DNA from: the human T2T-CHM13v2.0 reference genome, Homo sapiens
Strand: one strand, 5' to 3'
Assembly (NCBI RefSeq): GCF_009914755.1
Contig: NC_060942.1
Length of the DNA stretch: 64,000 nucleotides
A model generated the notes under the pieces. The model was not told the DNA's origin, did not search any database, and saw nothing but the letters and a program-made list of their open reading frames with translations. Below are positions 1 through 13,464 of the stretch, one piece after another. Within the stretch, counting starts at the first letter, position 1. Every line of letters starts with the position of its first letter. A program made the translations under genes and the position numbers.

Positions 1-539
1 GTTTCTCGGGCAAGGGTCACATATTTTATGTAAAGAAGCAGATAGAGTAGTGCTAATGAAATATGTTTTGGGGTCTGGTGGAACCAGGATTGAAAGCAGG
101 TGCTATCACTTGCCAGCTGTGTAAACCTGAGCAAGTCTTAGAATGCACGTAGGGGCTACTGTATGCCTGGCATGAGGCTAGGAAAGAGGTCATAAAGGTG
201 AATGCAGCTCAGGCAGGTCTTGAGGGGCCCCACTCGTGTGTAGGGGGTATGGAAAAAGTAATTATTAAACAATGATCCAAATGCTGTGACAGAAATATGA
301 ATAGGTGGTTAAGGGATCAGAGAGGGTGGGGAATGGCTTCCTGATAGAGGTGAAGCTCACCTTGAATTTCAGTGGATGAGAAGGGTTAGCCAGGCAAAGG
401 TAGATGAGACAGGGATTCCCTGGTGGGGACAGCAGCAAGAGCCGAGGAACTGAAGTGAGTTTCCTTGATGGAAACAAACAAATTACACTTCATGGAGTTG
501 TTGTGAGAACATTATGAGCTAACAAACGTGGCGTAAGGT

Positions 540-646
540 TGCACTGTTTGAGACATATTAATACTAAAAAAAGTACGTATTGTTTATATGAAATTCAAAT
601 TTAACTGGGCATCTTGTATTTTTATTTGCTAGATCTGGCAAGCCTA
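540..646. mobile_element. MER53-like hAT DNA transposon fragment within a MIR
   Basis: gaaattcaaatttaactgggcatcttgtatttttatttgctagatctggcaagccta resembles the MER53 terminal arm; MIR-like sequence on both sides. Confidence 0.7.
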
Positions 647-2439
647 ACGTGATGGCACTCAGCACAGTACCTGATACATAGTTGGCACCCAAAAAGATAT
701 ATGTTAAATTTAACTTTAAGCTGTTCTCCTCTGGAATAGAAGAGAAGGGATAAAACTGAGAGATAAAATCTGAAGAGGAGCAATAAAATAGAAAAGGCAG
801 AATTTGGTGCTTGATATTATTGAAAATTTTCCTTTCAGCGGTGATGGCATTTCCTGGCAAGAATAAACTTTGTCTTTAAATAAGTCTCCCTTCATGGTTA
901 GAAATGCTCCTGGAAAGAAATGAAGGAGTCCTTCCATGTGAGCAGTGGGTGTAGTTTCGGGGCCAGGGGACCAGAAGGAAAATATTGTGCATAGTTTTGC
1001 TCCAGGGCATGTCATGTAAATGTTCCTTCTTTCTTCCTTGTTGTCTCAGGAGTTCTGAAAATCCAGGTATTTCTTTTGCAGAAAACACTTGGGCACTGAA
1101 GTGCACCCCCCACCCCCTACCCCCGCCCCACAAATCTGTATGGCTTGGTTTCCCACCACACTCCAAACCTGGGCCCCCTTGGAAGTCTGAATCATCTTAC
1201 CCTACCTTGAGCCACCCTGAGGGCTCCGCTCCCAGGACCATGCCTCCTGACCCACTGTCGGAGGGGAGTCAGGGCGCTCCCAGCCTTAGGTGATATGGCT
1301 GCGTCTAGATGTGCTTAACAAATTGCCTGTTCACTCAAGTACATTTTATTTAATCATCTGTAATCATATAAATTATGCCTGATGGTAGTAAATGTTCATG
1401 TCAGTTCCTAATTACAGATTGATTAATTGGCTGGGGTGATCTGTATTACTACTTATATAAGAATATATGAGGTTGATGATAAATTAGGGCTGGTAATCCG
1501 AGCCCAGGAACATGGAATATTTCCAACTGCATCCCCCTTTTTGGGAGTGGGGAAGCCATTGCCCTTTTCCTATCTTGTTCCTGTCAGAGGCTTCTGGGAG
1601 GGTTTCTCTTCTATGGATTGATTGATTTTGGCAACACTTGAGTCAAGAAATACTATATTATTTAGGTAATATACATAAGCGTTTGTGTAAAATTTTTGCC
1701 ATGCAGTGCTCCTTTTTGGCTGTAGCAGAGATGAATAATGACAAGCTCATTAAGTTCAGTTGGGCTCATTACAGCCTGCTGGGCCCAGAAAGTTCCAGGG
1801 GTTGGATTTGGCCTAGAGAGCAGGAATCCAGAGAATGAAGACACGAGGCATTTGATCAGTGTCTACAAAACCAGTCCTTATTAGGTGATTACGTCTTTTT
1901 GTTTCCTTAGAAGCTAGAGTGTTAAATGGTCCAGAATGTACCTTGCACTTTTTTATAGGAACATTAGACCTTGGTGGATGTCTTTCAGGCAACTTGCCTG
2001 GGATGTCTAATAGTTAGTTCTCAGCTTTTGAGAACATCATTTACTTAGAACAAACTCTACTTCCATCATCTTTGCTTCTCTCCCACTCATACTTCGGGTT
2101 AAAGGTAAAGAGGAAGCAACATGGGCTAAGACATGTGGGAGGAGGGAGGGAGAATCTGAAAACACAGGGGTGGACCCTGGTTTCAGGGAAGGGGCCTGAG
2201 ACTTGATCCCAGGTTCCTTGGCCTCTGAGAAGGGATGGGCAGAGGAAGAATGGCAGAGAAACCTGTGGGAGTTGAATCCTCTGAAGATGCAGCATCCCAG
2301 GGGCTTGTTACTAGAGAGAACCATCAGCTGACCTCTCCCCTTGACAAGCTACCATGGGAGCAATGATTTATTGCCATTGAGGGTCATGGGTGACCTTCTT
2401 TTCTTGGGGATTTTTTAATATGGTGATTGTATCATACAG

Positions 2440-2660
2440 CATCATGCCATAGAGCACAGCCTCTGCCTGAGTTCCAATCTTAGTTTTACCACTTAGCTCT
2501 GTGATCTCGGGCAAGTTACTTAGCTTTTCTATGCCTCAGTCTCCTCCTGTAAAGTGGGGATAATGATAGTCCTACATTATGGGGTTGTTGTCAGGATTCA
2601 GTGAGTTAACAAAGATATGGATGCTGAGAACACTGCCTGATACATTGGACACATCAAAAA
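2440..2660 (+). mobile_element. MIR SINE
   Basis: MIR core ctgtgatctcgggcaagttacttagc...gcctcagtctcctcctgtaaagtggggataatgatag. Confidence 0.75.
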
Positions 2661-2829
2661 ATGTGGGGAGAGAGCTGTTTTCGTTATAAACTAATGTGAT
2701 CTCAAAACAGCCCTGGGGATACACTAGGGTGGAATACTAAACTCCTTTGTTGGGTGAGACAACTGAGTCCCACTGTAGTGAACATCTTGCTTCTGGACAA
2801 CAATTTAAGTAGTGTAGTGGTAAGGTTGG

Positions 2830-3167
<338 letters not shown>

Positions 3168-3599
3168 CTAAAACCTGTGTCCCCTGACTCTCATCCTTAG
3201 TGTGAGAGGCAATGTCCCTGCAGACAAGGCCAGTAGTATTTGTTCAGAGGATTCCTAGTGTCCACACTTGCATGGAAAAATCTTGCCTTTCTTTTAGCTT
3301 CCTTGGTCTGAGAACTCAACTCTCATCTGGCAAAAGCAGAGGCTTCTCTTGAGTGAATGTATTTCTTTCCCCTTGATTTTCAATTTACACTTTCCCCAAC
3401 TTGGTAAAATGATCAATCTACTTCTCCTCACTAATACCCCATGATATGATACAGGGGCCAAACTGGGCCTTCTAACTTCCTTTATGAGTTAACACTTTGA
3501 GTGTGTTAGGGTTTTCTTTGGGACTCCATTTGAGGCAGCTAATATGTGGTGTGACTGAGAATATCACACAACTTAGGACCAGGGAGCCTGACACCCAAT

Positions 3600-3683
3600 G
3601 CCAGTTTTTATCACTAGGGAGCTTTTTGCTGCAAGTAACTGCAAGTAAATGAAAATAAACTAAATTAAACTTAACACCTAATG

Positions 3684-3717
<34 letters not shown>

Positions 3718-4150
3718 CTTATGGAACAAGGTATCCAGAGTTATGGCAGTTCCAGAGGTGTGTGGTTCAGCAGCTCAATGCCATCTCAGCCTCTGCAATC
3801 TGTTTGACCTACCCACCTTACCAGGTTCCCCCATGGCCACAGATGACTGCTGTGGTACCAGACATCACATATACATTAAGTGACTCCCAGAAAAAAGATG
3901 TTTCCTCCCATTTGCTTCTTTATTGGCTGAAGTTTCTCAGCTGACATTTTCTCAGGTCCTACTGCCCAAGATTGGATCACATGTTTGCCCTAAACTAATA
4001 ATTGTTGAAGGGACTGAGACAACTGTGATTGGTCTAGACCTATTATGATTGATTCCTTGGTGGTCTGAGGAGAAGGGCCACCTTTCCTGAACATATGGCC
4101 TGGTAGGAAGTGACACCGAAACAAAATGGAAACTGTCAGTCACAAAAAGT
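3600..4150 (-). mobile_element. Old MaLR LTR (MLT1J/K/L-like) with internal T tract
   Basis: tgctgcaagtaac, catggccacagatgactgctgtggtaccagacatcacat and tgtgattggtctagacc resemble late MLT1 LTRs. Confidence 0.55.
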
Positions 4151-4499
4151 AGATGAGTGTATATGTGCAGGGTTAGAGGAAATTTTTTTTTTTTTTTTTT
4201 TTTGTGGAGTGGGTAGTCAACAGTGTCTGCTCTGGGCAAATCACACAAAGTCCCTGAACGGCAGGAACCAAGAAAATCCTGTCAGGTCCATAGGAACAAA
4301 GATTAAATTGCCCCAGAAGAAAACCACAATAAGTAAGGCATATCTCCAATATAACTTTGGTTTTTATTCAGCTCTTCTCATTTTGCTCTTTATAATACCT
4401 TGCAATGAGAGATGGCTTTCACAACTTTATTCTGCACATCACCTGGAGGTGTCAGATGGTAAATCTGTAAACAAACCACACACTATTTTGTGATATACA

Positions 4500-4977
4500 G
4501 GGGAAGTATGGAGTCTCCATTCTCTACTCCTTCTTTCAAATGGGCCCAGTTGACACCATCTCCAGCTTCAGAGGAGGATCCTCATGACTCCTGGCTAATC
4601 AGAGCCTGGCATCCCCTTGGCTGTGGTAATGGGTCTGGAGATGGGCAAGTTGGCCCAATCAGATTGAAGGAAAGGACTGCTGTTGCACCAGGGGAAGATT
4701 CTTTTCCCCGCTCCTGCTGTGTGGGAACGAGGAAGCACCCAGCTCTACTGTCCCTGGAAACCATCTTGTGAACACGAGGGGACAGATATTATATCTGACA
4801 AGAGGAAGACAGAGCTGAGCAAGGGAAAGACACTAGGGCCTCAGCAGCATCATTGAGCTGAAGCTGGGGTCTCCACCTTTGATCTTGCTGAGTAAGATGA
4901 CAGTTTTCCTTATGACTTAAGTCAACTTGAATTGAGGATTTTGGCTACTTGCAGCTGAGAGCATCCTTATTGAAACA
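4500..4977 (+). mobile_element. Old MaLR LTR (MLT1J/K-like)
   Basis: Typical 3' end cttaagtcaacttgaattgaggattttggctacttgcagctgagagcatccttattgaaaca. Confidence 0.6.
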
Positions 4978-5499
4978 GGAATCAGTTATTTTCTTTTACA
5001 AATGAAGAAACTGAACAAGAGAAAGGAAGTGAGCTGCCTCGGGTCCTATACCCAACAGAGTGTTGGATAACTGGAAGCTAAGTCTTTTGACCCTGAGGTG
5101 GCTTTTTTTTTTTTTCTACCCAATTCCCTCCTATCATGGGGGACTTCTTATCAAGCAAAAGTTATCTTGAGGTGCTCTGGGGAGTCGGAGGGGAAGGGTG
5201 AAATGTTTCCTAGGGCACCAATAGGGTCTGGATGGGAAATCTAATTCCTTCTGGGTTGGCTGCTGGCTGCCATCTGGTCGTAGATAATTATTACCCTGCC
5301 CTTTCTTTGTCTAACTGGCTCTGCAGTAGGAACAATTGATTCCAATGAATTGTGCTGGTAAACAATATCTTCTGCTTCCTGGGGGCAACTTATAAAACAA
5401 AGGATGAGGATTCCCCCACTAAGAGGGAGGGAGCAGGGTGGAGAAGGGGCATAGACTAAGGAGCCATGGTAACAGGCACCTCTGAGGTTGGTCATGGGG

Positions 5500-5935
5500 A
5501 AAAGTCAGGCTCGGGTAGACCCAGCAGCTGGAGCCATTGTGAGGTTGTTCTGAGGGCCACACCACTCCATCTATGACACTGTTAGTTTCAGAAAGGAGCT
5601 CACTGGTAGAATTCCCGTGGCATAGAAGTTGGTCTGTGATGCACACCAGCTGTAACCTGGCTGATCCCAGGGGGAGCTCTGGGGCTAAAATGGCTCATCA
5701 GAGTTGTTCCATATTAGGTGGAAATAGCCTGGCCTTTACAGTCCTACCTTCATTTGTCATTAGATATGGGCTGCCCTTGGAAGGATGTGACTTGGGGCCC
5801 CGTGGCTCTCTGCAGCCGAAGTGATCCTGGAGGGGCTGACAGCAGAGGGCTGACCTATAACTGTGTTCCTGGCAGCTGTGTCACTAGACATTCTTGAAAG
5901 GGGATCTGGGTGGTGCATCTGTGTTTATCATACCT
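5500..5935. mobile_element. Probable old ERVL LTR (LTR33/LTR40-like)
   Basis: ggctctctgcagccgaag...ggaggggctgacagc...ggggatctgggtggtgcatc motifs; family uncertain. Confidence 0.4.
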
Positions 5936-7149
5936 TTCCCTACCAACTACTCACTGAGAATTTCTCATTTTGGATTTGCCTCCTTAGATTCAAGGTAACA
6001 CTGCCTTGAATCTCATGTCATACAGTAACTACTGTATGGTAACTTAGTCTGTATTGCCCAAATGTGTATTTTTGTGGGAGTTCTGGGGACTGTGACTCCA
6101 CCTCCTTGCCCAGCCATGGTGCTGTCATAGGAGTGGGGCTTCTTGAACAGGAGACTGTTGCACTATCTAGGTTTATGCCTCATGTCTGCTGTGAACCCTG
6201 GTGGCAATGCGATGCTCAGCAACTAGCAGCCCACCTTAAGTCTTAGAGGCCACCTCTTGGCTTCAGAAGGGCCTATCAGGCTGGGAAGTGGTTCTGGCCC
6301 TTTATGGATGGATGGTTAGAGTCAGTGCTGTTATCACTATGTAGCATAATATATATTTTACTGACTGGCTCTTGCTGGGGCCAGAAGTGGGACCCAACCC
6401 CAGTCTGTGATGCAAGTTAGTTGCAAAGCCTGACTTTGTCTCTTTTTCCCCATTTATAGAACACAGATAATATCTTCTTTTTGTGGTAGAAGACTATTGT
6501 GAAAGCAAATATAGTAACAAATATGAAAATAAAAAGAAGCCTACAGAATTGTGAAACAGTGCCACTATCATGTCGGTTATTATCAGAAGTGGCTGCTGAA
6601 CTGCATGGAAACAATACTTCATATGCCTTGGCTGCATCCTAGAAAAGACAGATGCCAAATGCAAAGCATTTGACTTTGGCCTAGTGGTTCTCTGTGCATC
6701 AGTTTTCTCTGCAGAAGAACCAGATCCTTTTCCCTAGAAGACCCAGCTTGAATCTCACCTCTCTATTGGTTAGTGATGGATCACTTTTCTGATCTATTTG
6801 CCTTGTGTTTACTCCTGTCACACTTACCAACCTGCTCTTCTGAAAGTCTTGGTTCGGTGTGTAACATGGGTAAGAGGATCAGCTCTTGGAATTATCTCCC
6901 TTCTTTTTCCCATCCAGAGCCTCCCAAATTCAGAGACAGACAGGGCTTTGGGCAGCAGAGGCGTTCCCAGACTGTGGCCCACAATTGAGAGGAGCCGGCA
7001 TGGGTGCCTGGCAGGTGGCCAGAGATGCTGGGAGATGGGCATGGGGTCAGAGCTGCCCTGTGGCAGATATTGGGCTTAGACTCGTGGGATGCACTGACAG
7101 AGACTTTAATGATAATTTCTTGCAATTCTTGCCTTTTCTCTCCCCTCCC

Positions 7150-7745
7150 CTACCAATTTAATAGTCAAAAAACATTTTTGGAGCACCTTAAACATGCCAG
7201 GCCCTGTGAAAGGGAGGGGAGATTAACATTGAACAAAACAGATTAAAATCCCTGGCCTCATGGGACTTACACACTGGTTTGAGGTTCTTCTGAGGGAAGA
7301 ACATTCATTTCTGGGGGTGTGAGCAGCATGTGCAAAGGCCCTGAGATGGATCCTGGCCTGGCAAATTTGAGGTATAGCTGGTGGGGCCGGGGAGAGTGGC
7401 AGGTAGGAGATGATCAGAGAGACGATAGGCACTGACAGTGGAGCACCACAAAGGATCTTGCAGGTCTTTGCAAGGACTCTGGCTTCTGCTCTGAGTGAGA
7501 CAGGAGTCACTGCAGGGTTCTGAGCTAAGGGTGGCATGATCTGGCATGGATTTAAAATGGTGTCTCTGGCTGGTGAGTAAATAGACTGTAGGAGGCAAAG
7601 GGTGGAGCAAGGAGATCAGTAAGGTGTCTGTTGTAGTAATCCAGGCAAGAGGGAGGGTGGCTTGGATGGGGGCATATCAGTGGAGGTGATGAGAAGCAGT
7701 TGGGTTCTGGAAGCATCATGAAGCCAATATTGGAAAATTTAATGA
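7150..7745 (+). mobile_element. LINE-2 fragment
   Basis: L2 motifs gcatgtgcaaaggccctgag, gcagggttctgagc..ggcatgatctg, ttgtagtaatccaggcaagag; strand means reading as shown. Confidence 0.75.
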
Positions 7746-8814
7746 CAGATGAGGATACTGGTCCAGAGAGTGATTTGGGCCAGAAAGGAATGATCTACTT
7801 GAAGTGGTACAGCTAGTGGCAGACTAGGACGAGAATAGCCTGGAACAAAACTGACTTCTGGGCCTGAACGTTGCTTCCCTTGTGTTTGATGTGCTTGTTG
7901 GTTCATGGACATGTGCTTGTGCTAGTGAATGCTTTGTTAATGTGTGCCTGTGTGTGTATGAGTGTGCGCATGTGTTAGCACGTGGGGTCCTTGCATGTGG
8001 GGGCAGGTGAAGCTGGGCTGGAGCAAATGAAAGCAGCAGTTAGAGGGAGCTGTGCCTCAGCTGACCACCTCCCACCTTGGAGGAGCCCATAACCATTGTC
8101 TGCCTCTCCCTACATCCATCCTGCCTCCTCCTGGCCCCTTCCGGCCCAGATCCTTCCTCGCCCAGCCCTGCTGATCCCAGTGCAGGCTAATCTGCCTTTC
8201 ATGAGGCAGTCCTTCCCCATCTGTTCCAACAATGGTAAGGAAAGATTGAACCCTTAGGGCTTCATTCTGACTTTTTTTTTTAAAAAAAACATGTAATTTG
8301 CTCAGTCCAAGTCCCAGGTGACCAGCTCTGTGACTGGGTATCTCTTTGTGGCTTGGAGCTGGGATGGGGACAGGAAGGCGTGGCAGATGGGGTAGGTGGG
8401 AGAGGATGACTCACACAAGATAATGGCAGAAACAGTGATGGGATGATGTCTTTGTGTATCTCCAGGAGAAAGTGGATATTCAGTAATCACCTGGGAGAGA
8501 TGCCCATGACACTAGATGGGAAAAGGGATTTTCATTAGAATACCGGAAAGACCACACTGGCCATCACTGAGGCCCAGGGTTCCTCCTTGAGGTTTTCTGT
8601 GTGGACCTCTCCTGGTTCTGGCACCAGCTAGCTGTGACGTCAGGCTCAGGCAGCGCTTCTCCTGGTTAGCTATGCTAGACACATTGGCCAGGAATTTATA
8701 TAGGACTTTGGTAAGTCCAGTCATATTTTAGCATGAACTTCATCCTGGGGTATTGATTACATGAAGATGCAAGTGTCAGTTCCCTGGTATCCACCAACCA
8801 GAATGGACACCATG

Positions 8815-8856
8815 AATGATTTGGGGCAAACATTCCCACGTTTGCCCCAAATCATT
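8815..8856. repeat. Perfect inverted repeat, 17-bp arms and 8-nt loop
   Basis: aatgatttggggcaaac-attcccac-gtttgccccaaatcatt; the arms are exact reverse complements. Confidence 0.95.
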
Positions 8857-9530
8857 GCTTCCTGAAAGTGCTCACTAGAATTACCTGGAGAGTGCTTAAA
8901 AATTAATTTTATTTAATATAAAAATGTAAAAAGCACTACAGTGACAAATCTTCCCATACCTCATTAGTGCATTCCCCTCCACTGTGTTACCGCTGTTATG
9001 GGGTCTGTGGTACCCTCTCAGAGTGTCTCATGAAAGCAAATATTGATAGAGATTCTTCTTTCCTCTCACCCACTTTCTGTACAAAATGAAGCATTCTAGG
9101 CATATTGCTCCACATGCCACTTCTTTCACTTAATGCATTTTAGATTTCTTTTTACATTGGTACATAAAGGATTTCACTTTGGGTTTTTTTTTTTTTGTTC
9201 ACAGAGATGGACGGCCTGGCCTGGTCTGGTTCCTCAGTGAAGAGGAGCCCACCACTTCCTGTGCCAGTCCACTTCTTTGTTGGACAACTGTAGGGGTTTA
9301 ATTCAGTTGCATTCAATGTTGATGGAGTAGCTACTGGGTCTTATGCACTCACTGAGTGGTGAGAGGGCACAGCCCTTGTCCCCAGGGAATTAACAGCTTG
9401 ATGAGGATGGCAGATACATGGATTAACCCTAATGCACCGGGAGCCTTGTGGCAGGGTCCCTGCCTAGCCTAGGGGGCAGTATGAGGGTGACACTCAAGAG
9501 GAGGAGGTATTCAGCTGCATATTAACAATC

Positions 9531-9997
9531 TGTATTCATTTTCTGTGGCTGCTTTCACTAGTTACCACCCTCTTGGTGGCTTTAAACAACAGAAATTTAT
9601 TCTCACAATTCTGGAGGCCAGAAGTCTGAAATCAGTTTCGTGGGGCTGAAATCATGGTGTTGGCCCGGCCATGTTTCCTCTGGAGGCTCCAGGAAACAGT
9701 CCATTTCTTGCCTCTTCTGGTGTCTGGTGGCTGCTGGCATTCCTTGGCTTGTGGCTCCACTCTTGGCCCCAGCCTTCACATTGCCTTCTCCTCTTTGGTT
9801 TGAGTAAAGTCTCCCTCTGTGTCTTTTGTGTAAGAACACGTGATTGTACTTAGGGCCCACCTGGATCATCCAGGATCATCTCCCCTTTTTTAAGATCCTT
9901 ACATCTGCAAAGACTTTTTTTTTTCCTGTAAAAATAACATTCATAGGTCCCAGGGATTAGTTTTTGATATCTTTTGAGTGGTCATTGATCAGCCTGT
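9531..9997 (-). mobile_element. MLT1C-like MaLR solo LTR
   Basis: ggtggctttaaacaacagaaatttattctcacaattctggaggccagaagtctgaaatc ... tagggcccacctggatcatccaggat. Confidence 0.85.
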
Positions 9998-10389
9998 AGC
10001 AGAAGAGCGGAAACAGCCTGCTGAGGAAGGAAAGGAAAGTATTCAGGAGGGAATGCGCATGTGCAAGGCACAGGGAACCCTGCAAACTCTCTCTTCCCAG
10101 AGTCCATGGCCTCTGGCCATGTGAAGAAATGGCACAATTCTTCTAAATCTTCATTTGCCCTGGATGGGCCTGCATCTGTCTTTGCTGATTCTTTGGAGGG
10201 TGCTCTTATGGCTGTGGGCTCTGTGGCTGCACTGGAGGTCTCTAGTTCCTGGCCTTTCACAGTCTGCACCTGTGTCCTCCACGCATGTTGTAGAACAAAG
10301 CTGGTCCCTAGGGACATTGGGAAGTGAGGGAGGTTGGTCTTCAGTGTCTTCCTCCCTTTGTGATGCTTTTTCTCTACTCTCTTCAGATG

Positions 10390-11245
10390 ATTTTATTTAT
10401 TCCTTCACAAACATATATTCAGCTTTGTCTACATGCAGGTCCTGTTTCTGGTACTGGGGATAGGGTGTTGAATGAGACAGGTGAGATCTGTGCACTCCCA
10501 GAGACTGTAGTTTAGAGGAAGAGGCAGTGGGATAAACTAGTGAGCAAATATACAAACAAGCTCATTTCAGACAGTGGGGAATGCTGTGAAGATACCGAAC
10601 AGGGCCATGAGATAGGAAGTCGGTGAGTGGAGATGGGAAGGGCAGGGAAGACTTCTTAGCAAGGTGACATTTAGGTGAGTCAGAATGACAAGCAGCAGCC
10701 TGGTACTTGAAGTCTTGGGGTAGAACATTCCAGCAGGGGTGTTAATGAGCACTAAGGCCCTATGGAGGAAGGAGCTGGAGAGTTAACAGAAGTGAGAGAG
10801 GGGGTGGCCAGAGGTGACATTGGAGACACAGAAAAGGGCCAGCTCATGTACAGCATTGAAGGGCAACTTCAGGACATTGCTTTTAATCTAAAGAAGCTGG
10901 GAAGTGATATTAGCTGGGGTTTGCCCCAGGTGCTGCCAACAGCAGGTGCACATGCCAGGGAGCCAGAGGATGCATGAGTGTCTCCTCAGGAGCCTGAAGA
11001 CACATGCCTGGCAGTCATAGGGGCACTGGAAATAGTTAGATTTGGGTCTGAATAAGCTCATCCAAACAGTATAAATGGAGATGAGAAAAGACCCCCAGGC
11101 TGAGATCTGAGTTGGCCAATACTGAGATGGCAAGCAGAGGAGCAGGTACCAATGAACGGACAGAGAAGAAGAGGCCTGGGAGGTAGGAGGAAAACCAAGA
11201 GGGAAGAACGCATTTCAAGAATGCAGAGCGGTCAAGGTTCATCTG
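10390..11245 (+). mobile_element. LINE-2 fragment(s)
   Basis: ttattccttcacaaacatatattcagc, ggtgacatttaggtgag, aggtaggaggaaaaccaagag; strand means reading as shown. Confidence 0.7.
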
Positions 11246-12796
11246 TCCTGTCTCCCTGAAAGGAGGACTGCTGGCAAATAAATTCCTTCGGCAATGTAAA
11301 GTCTCCTGGAATGAGTGTTTTTGAGAGAAATCAAACCCTTAAGCAAGAGTTCAGTATTATTAACGCAGTATTGCAGGGAGGGTTTTCCCTGCCATGTCTT
11401 TGGGCCTTAGTGATGTCAATTTATAACCTTTTTGAGGTTATCCTGTTGGAGGTAGAGCCAGGAGGCTGAAGACTGTTGGCAGGGAGGAGATCAAGACACC
11501 ATGTTGTAAGCACTTAAAAATTAAACTCAGCCTGTGATATGGCTGTTTAGAGAGACATTCCTTTTGTTTCAGGATGGAAGGCAACATCATTCTGTAGCAC
11601 CACATTGCTTCTGAGTGGACACTTGCCATTGTCTCAAGCTACCTGTTAGGTTGGGATCTAACAAGCCAGACATCTGCTCCTCCAACAGAGCTGCTAACAC
11701 TACCAACAGGACATTCTGAAAATCGTGTCAAATGTAATTGTAAGTGTTTCTACAGGGATCTAAGTGCAGATTTAACTCATTTAACCCCTTAGTGAATGGC
11801 AGAACTAAGTCAGGGGATGCTGGACTAGGGACTCTGAGGCCCTTACAACCTGAGGAGTCTGTGATCCTAGGACAAATTCTTCATTAAAATGATTGAGTGA
11901 TGATGGGATAAGCTTTCATAAATGCAGCTGAGGCACAAGATTTCTTATTCAGCAGAGGCAGTTTTTGCTATATCATTCAAATAGTATGAGCATGGCTGCC
12001 AGCCAATGCATGGACAGGCCTCCTTTTTGTGAGCTAATCATCTATGTAGCCTTTCCCTAAAAGTACCCATGAGATGAGGATCAGATCCTTTGGTGTGGCA
12101 TGCAAGCCCCACTTCAGTCTGGCCCCAACCTGCCTCTGTTGTGTGCTGTTGCTGCAGTCTCTTCCCACCCCCATCCTCATATTCACTGCTGGACACGTCT
12201 CCCCTCATGCTCTCTGCCTGCCCATCATCCAGCCCCTGGCACAGGACATCCCTGACTGCCTGCCTGCTGACCGCCTGCCTCCACTTCAACGGGACTTCCA
12301 GTTCCTGGCCTCTTCTCCAGCCTCTGCTTTGTTCACTCTTCCATACCCAGCTGGCATAAGATGACTCGTTTTGCAAAAAGCTGCTATTGTCCAGCACATC
12401 TTCCTGCAGCCTGAACATACTGTGCTTCTCCCTCCAGTTCCTTAGCCTCTCATGTGAACAGCTCCTCTCTCTGCTCTTCCAACAAGACTCCCAAGTTTTT
12501 CCCCTTCCAGGAAGAGGATCCTTACTACATCAGCCCTTGGTAAGCTCATCTTTGCACTTATTCTCTATAACTTCCACATGGCCTGTATCCCATGCTGTCT
12601 AGTGATAGCTTCTGTATTTCATTGACTGCTGCTATTGCATGATACTTGCTAGGGACCCCTTCAATTCATATGTTGAAGCCCTAGCTCCAAAGTGACTATA
12701 TTTGGAGACAGGAATTTAGCAGGTAATTAAGGTTAAATGAGTTCTTAAGGATGGGGTTTTAACCTGATAGGATTGGTGGCCTTATAAGAGGAAGAT

Positions 12797-13012
12797 CTCT
12801 CTCTCTCTCTTTCTCCCTCTCTCTCTCTTCCTCTCTCTTTCTTCCTCTCTCTCTCTCTTCCTCTCTCTCTCTCCCCCCCCTCTCTCTCCCTCTCTCTCCC
12901 TCTCTCTTCCTCTCTCTCTCTTTTCCTCTTCCTCTCTCTCTTTTCCTCTCCCTCTTTTCCTCTCTCTCTCTCTTCCTTTCTGTTTCTTCCTCTCCCTCTC
13001 CCTCTCTCCCCC
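12797..13012. repeat. CT-rich polypyrimidine tract
   Basis: About 215 bp of nearly pure C/T. Confidence 0.95.
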
Positions 13013-13137
13013 ACTCCACCCCTGAGGAAAGGCCATGTGAGTACACAGTGAGAAGGTGACCATCTGCAAGCCAGAAAGAGGGCCCTTACCAGAACCCAGC
13101 AGTGTCAGCACCCTGATCTCAGACTTCCAACTACCAC

Positions 13138-13323
13138 TGAAAAAGACAGAAAGGAGAGAATATGGTGGAATGTGGCTCTCCCTAGACAATTGTCAGAAAG
13201 CTCAGTTGGTTCTCAGTTTTGGGGGATTAGGAGCAATTCTGCTGGAGGCAGAGGGTTGAACCAGATGACCTCTTGGATTCCTTCTCTCTGATGATGCTGG
13301 GAAGACATTTCTCATGGTCTTGA
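13138..13323 (+). repeat. Dispersed direct repeat, copy A of 17706-17890
   Basis: Shares gagaatatgg...tgtggctctccctaga...tgatgatgctgggaagacatttctcat..tcttga at roughly 90% identity by eye. Confidence 0.92.
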
Positions 13324-13464
13324 ACCACGAGATAAATTGCTGCTGTTTAAGCCACCCAGTCTATGGTATTGTGTTATGGCAGCTGGAGCTAAGATGATAT
13401 CTATTGTCACTTCTATGTCTTATCTGCCCAATAAACTCTGTGCTCCTAGACCAAATTTGTGGGT

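Larger units (their letters stand above)
12630..13395 (+). mobile_element. MLT1A-like MaLR solo LTR with CT expansion and a foreign insert
   Basis: aattcatatgttgaagccct...ggtaattaaggttaaatgag; ggccatgtgagtacacagtgagaaggtg; tgtttaagccacccagtctatggtatt. Confidence 0.85.

Noticed and set aside
3686-4203. Two long poly-T runs as tail-only retroinsertions
   Set aside because: No TSDs visible; simple homopolymer expansion is sufficient
5264-5283. CTCF-like motifs (also at about 9466 and 24454)
   Set aside because: Partial matches with core mismatches; expected by chance without ChIP data
12745-13189. Arg/Glu-rich ORFs
   Set aside because: Translations of the CT tract
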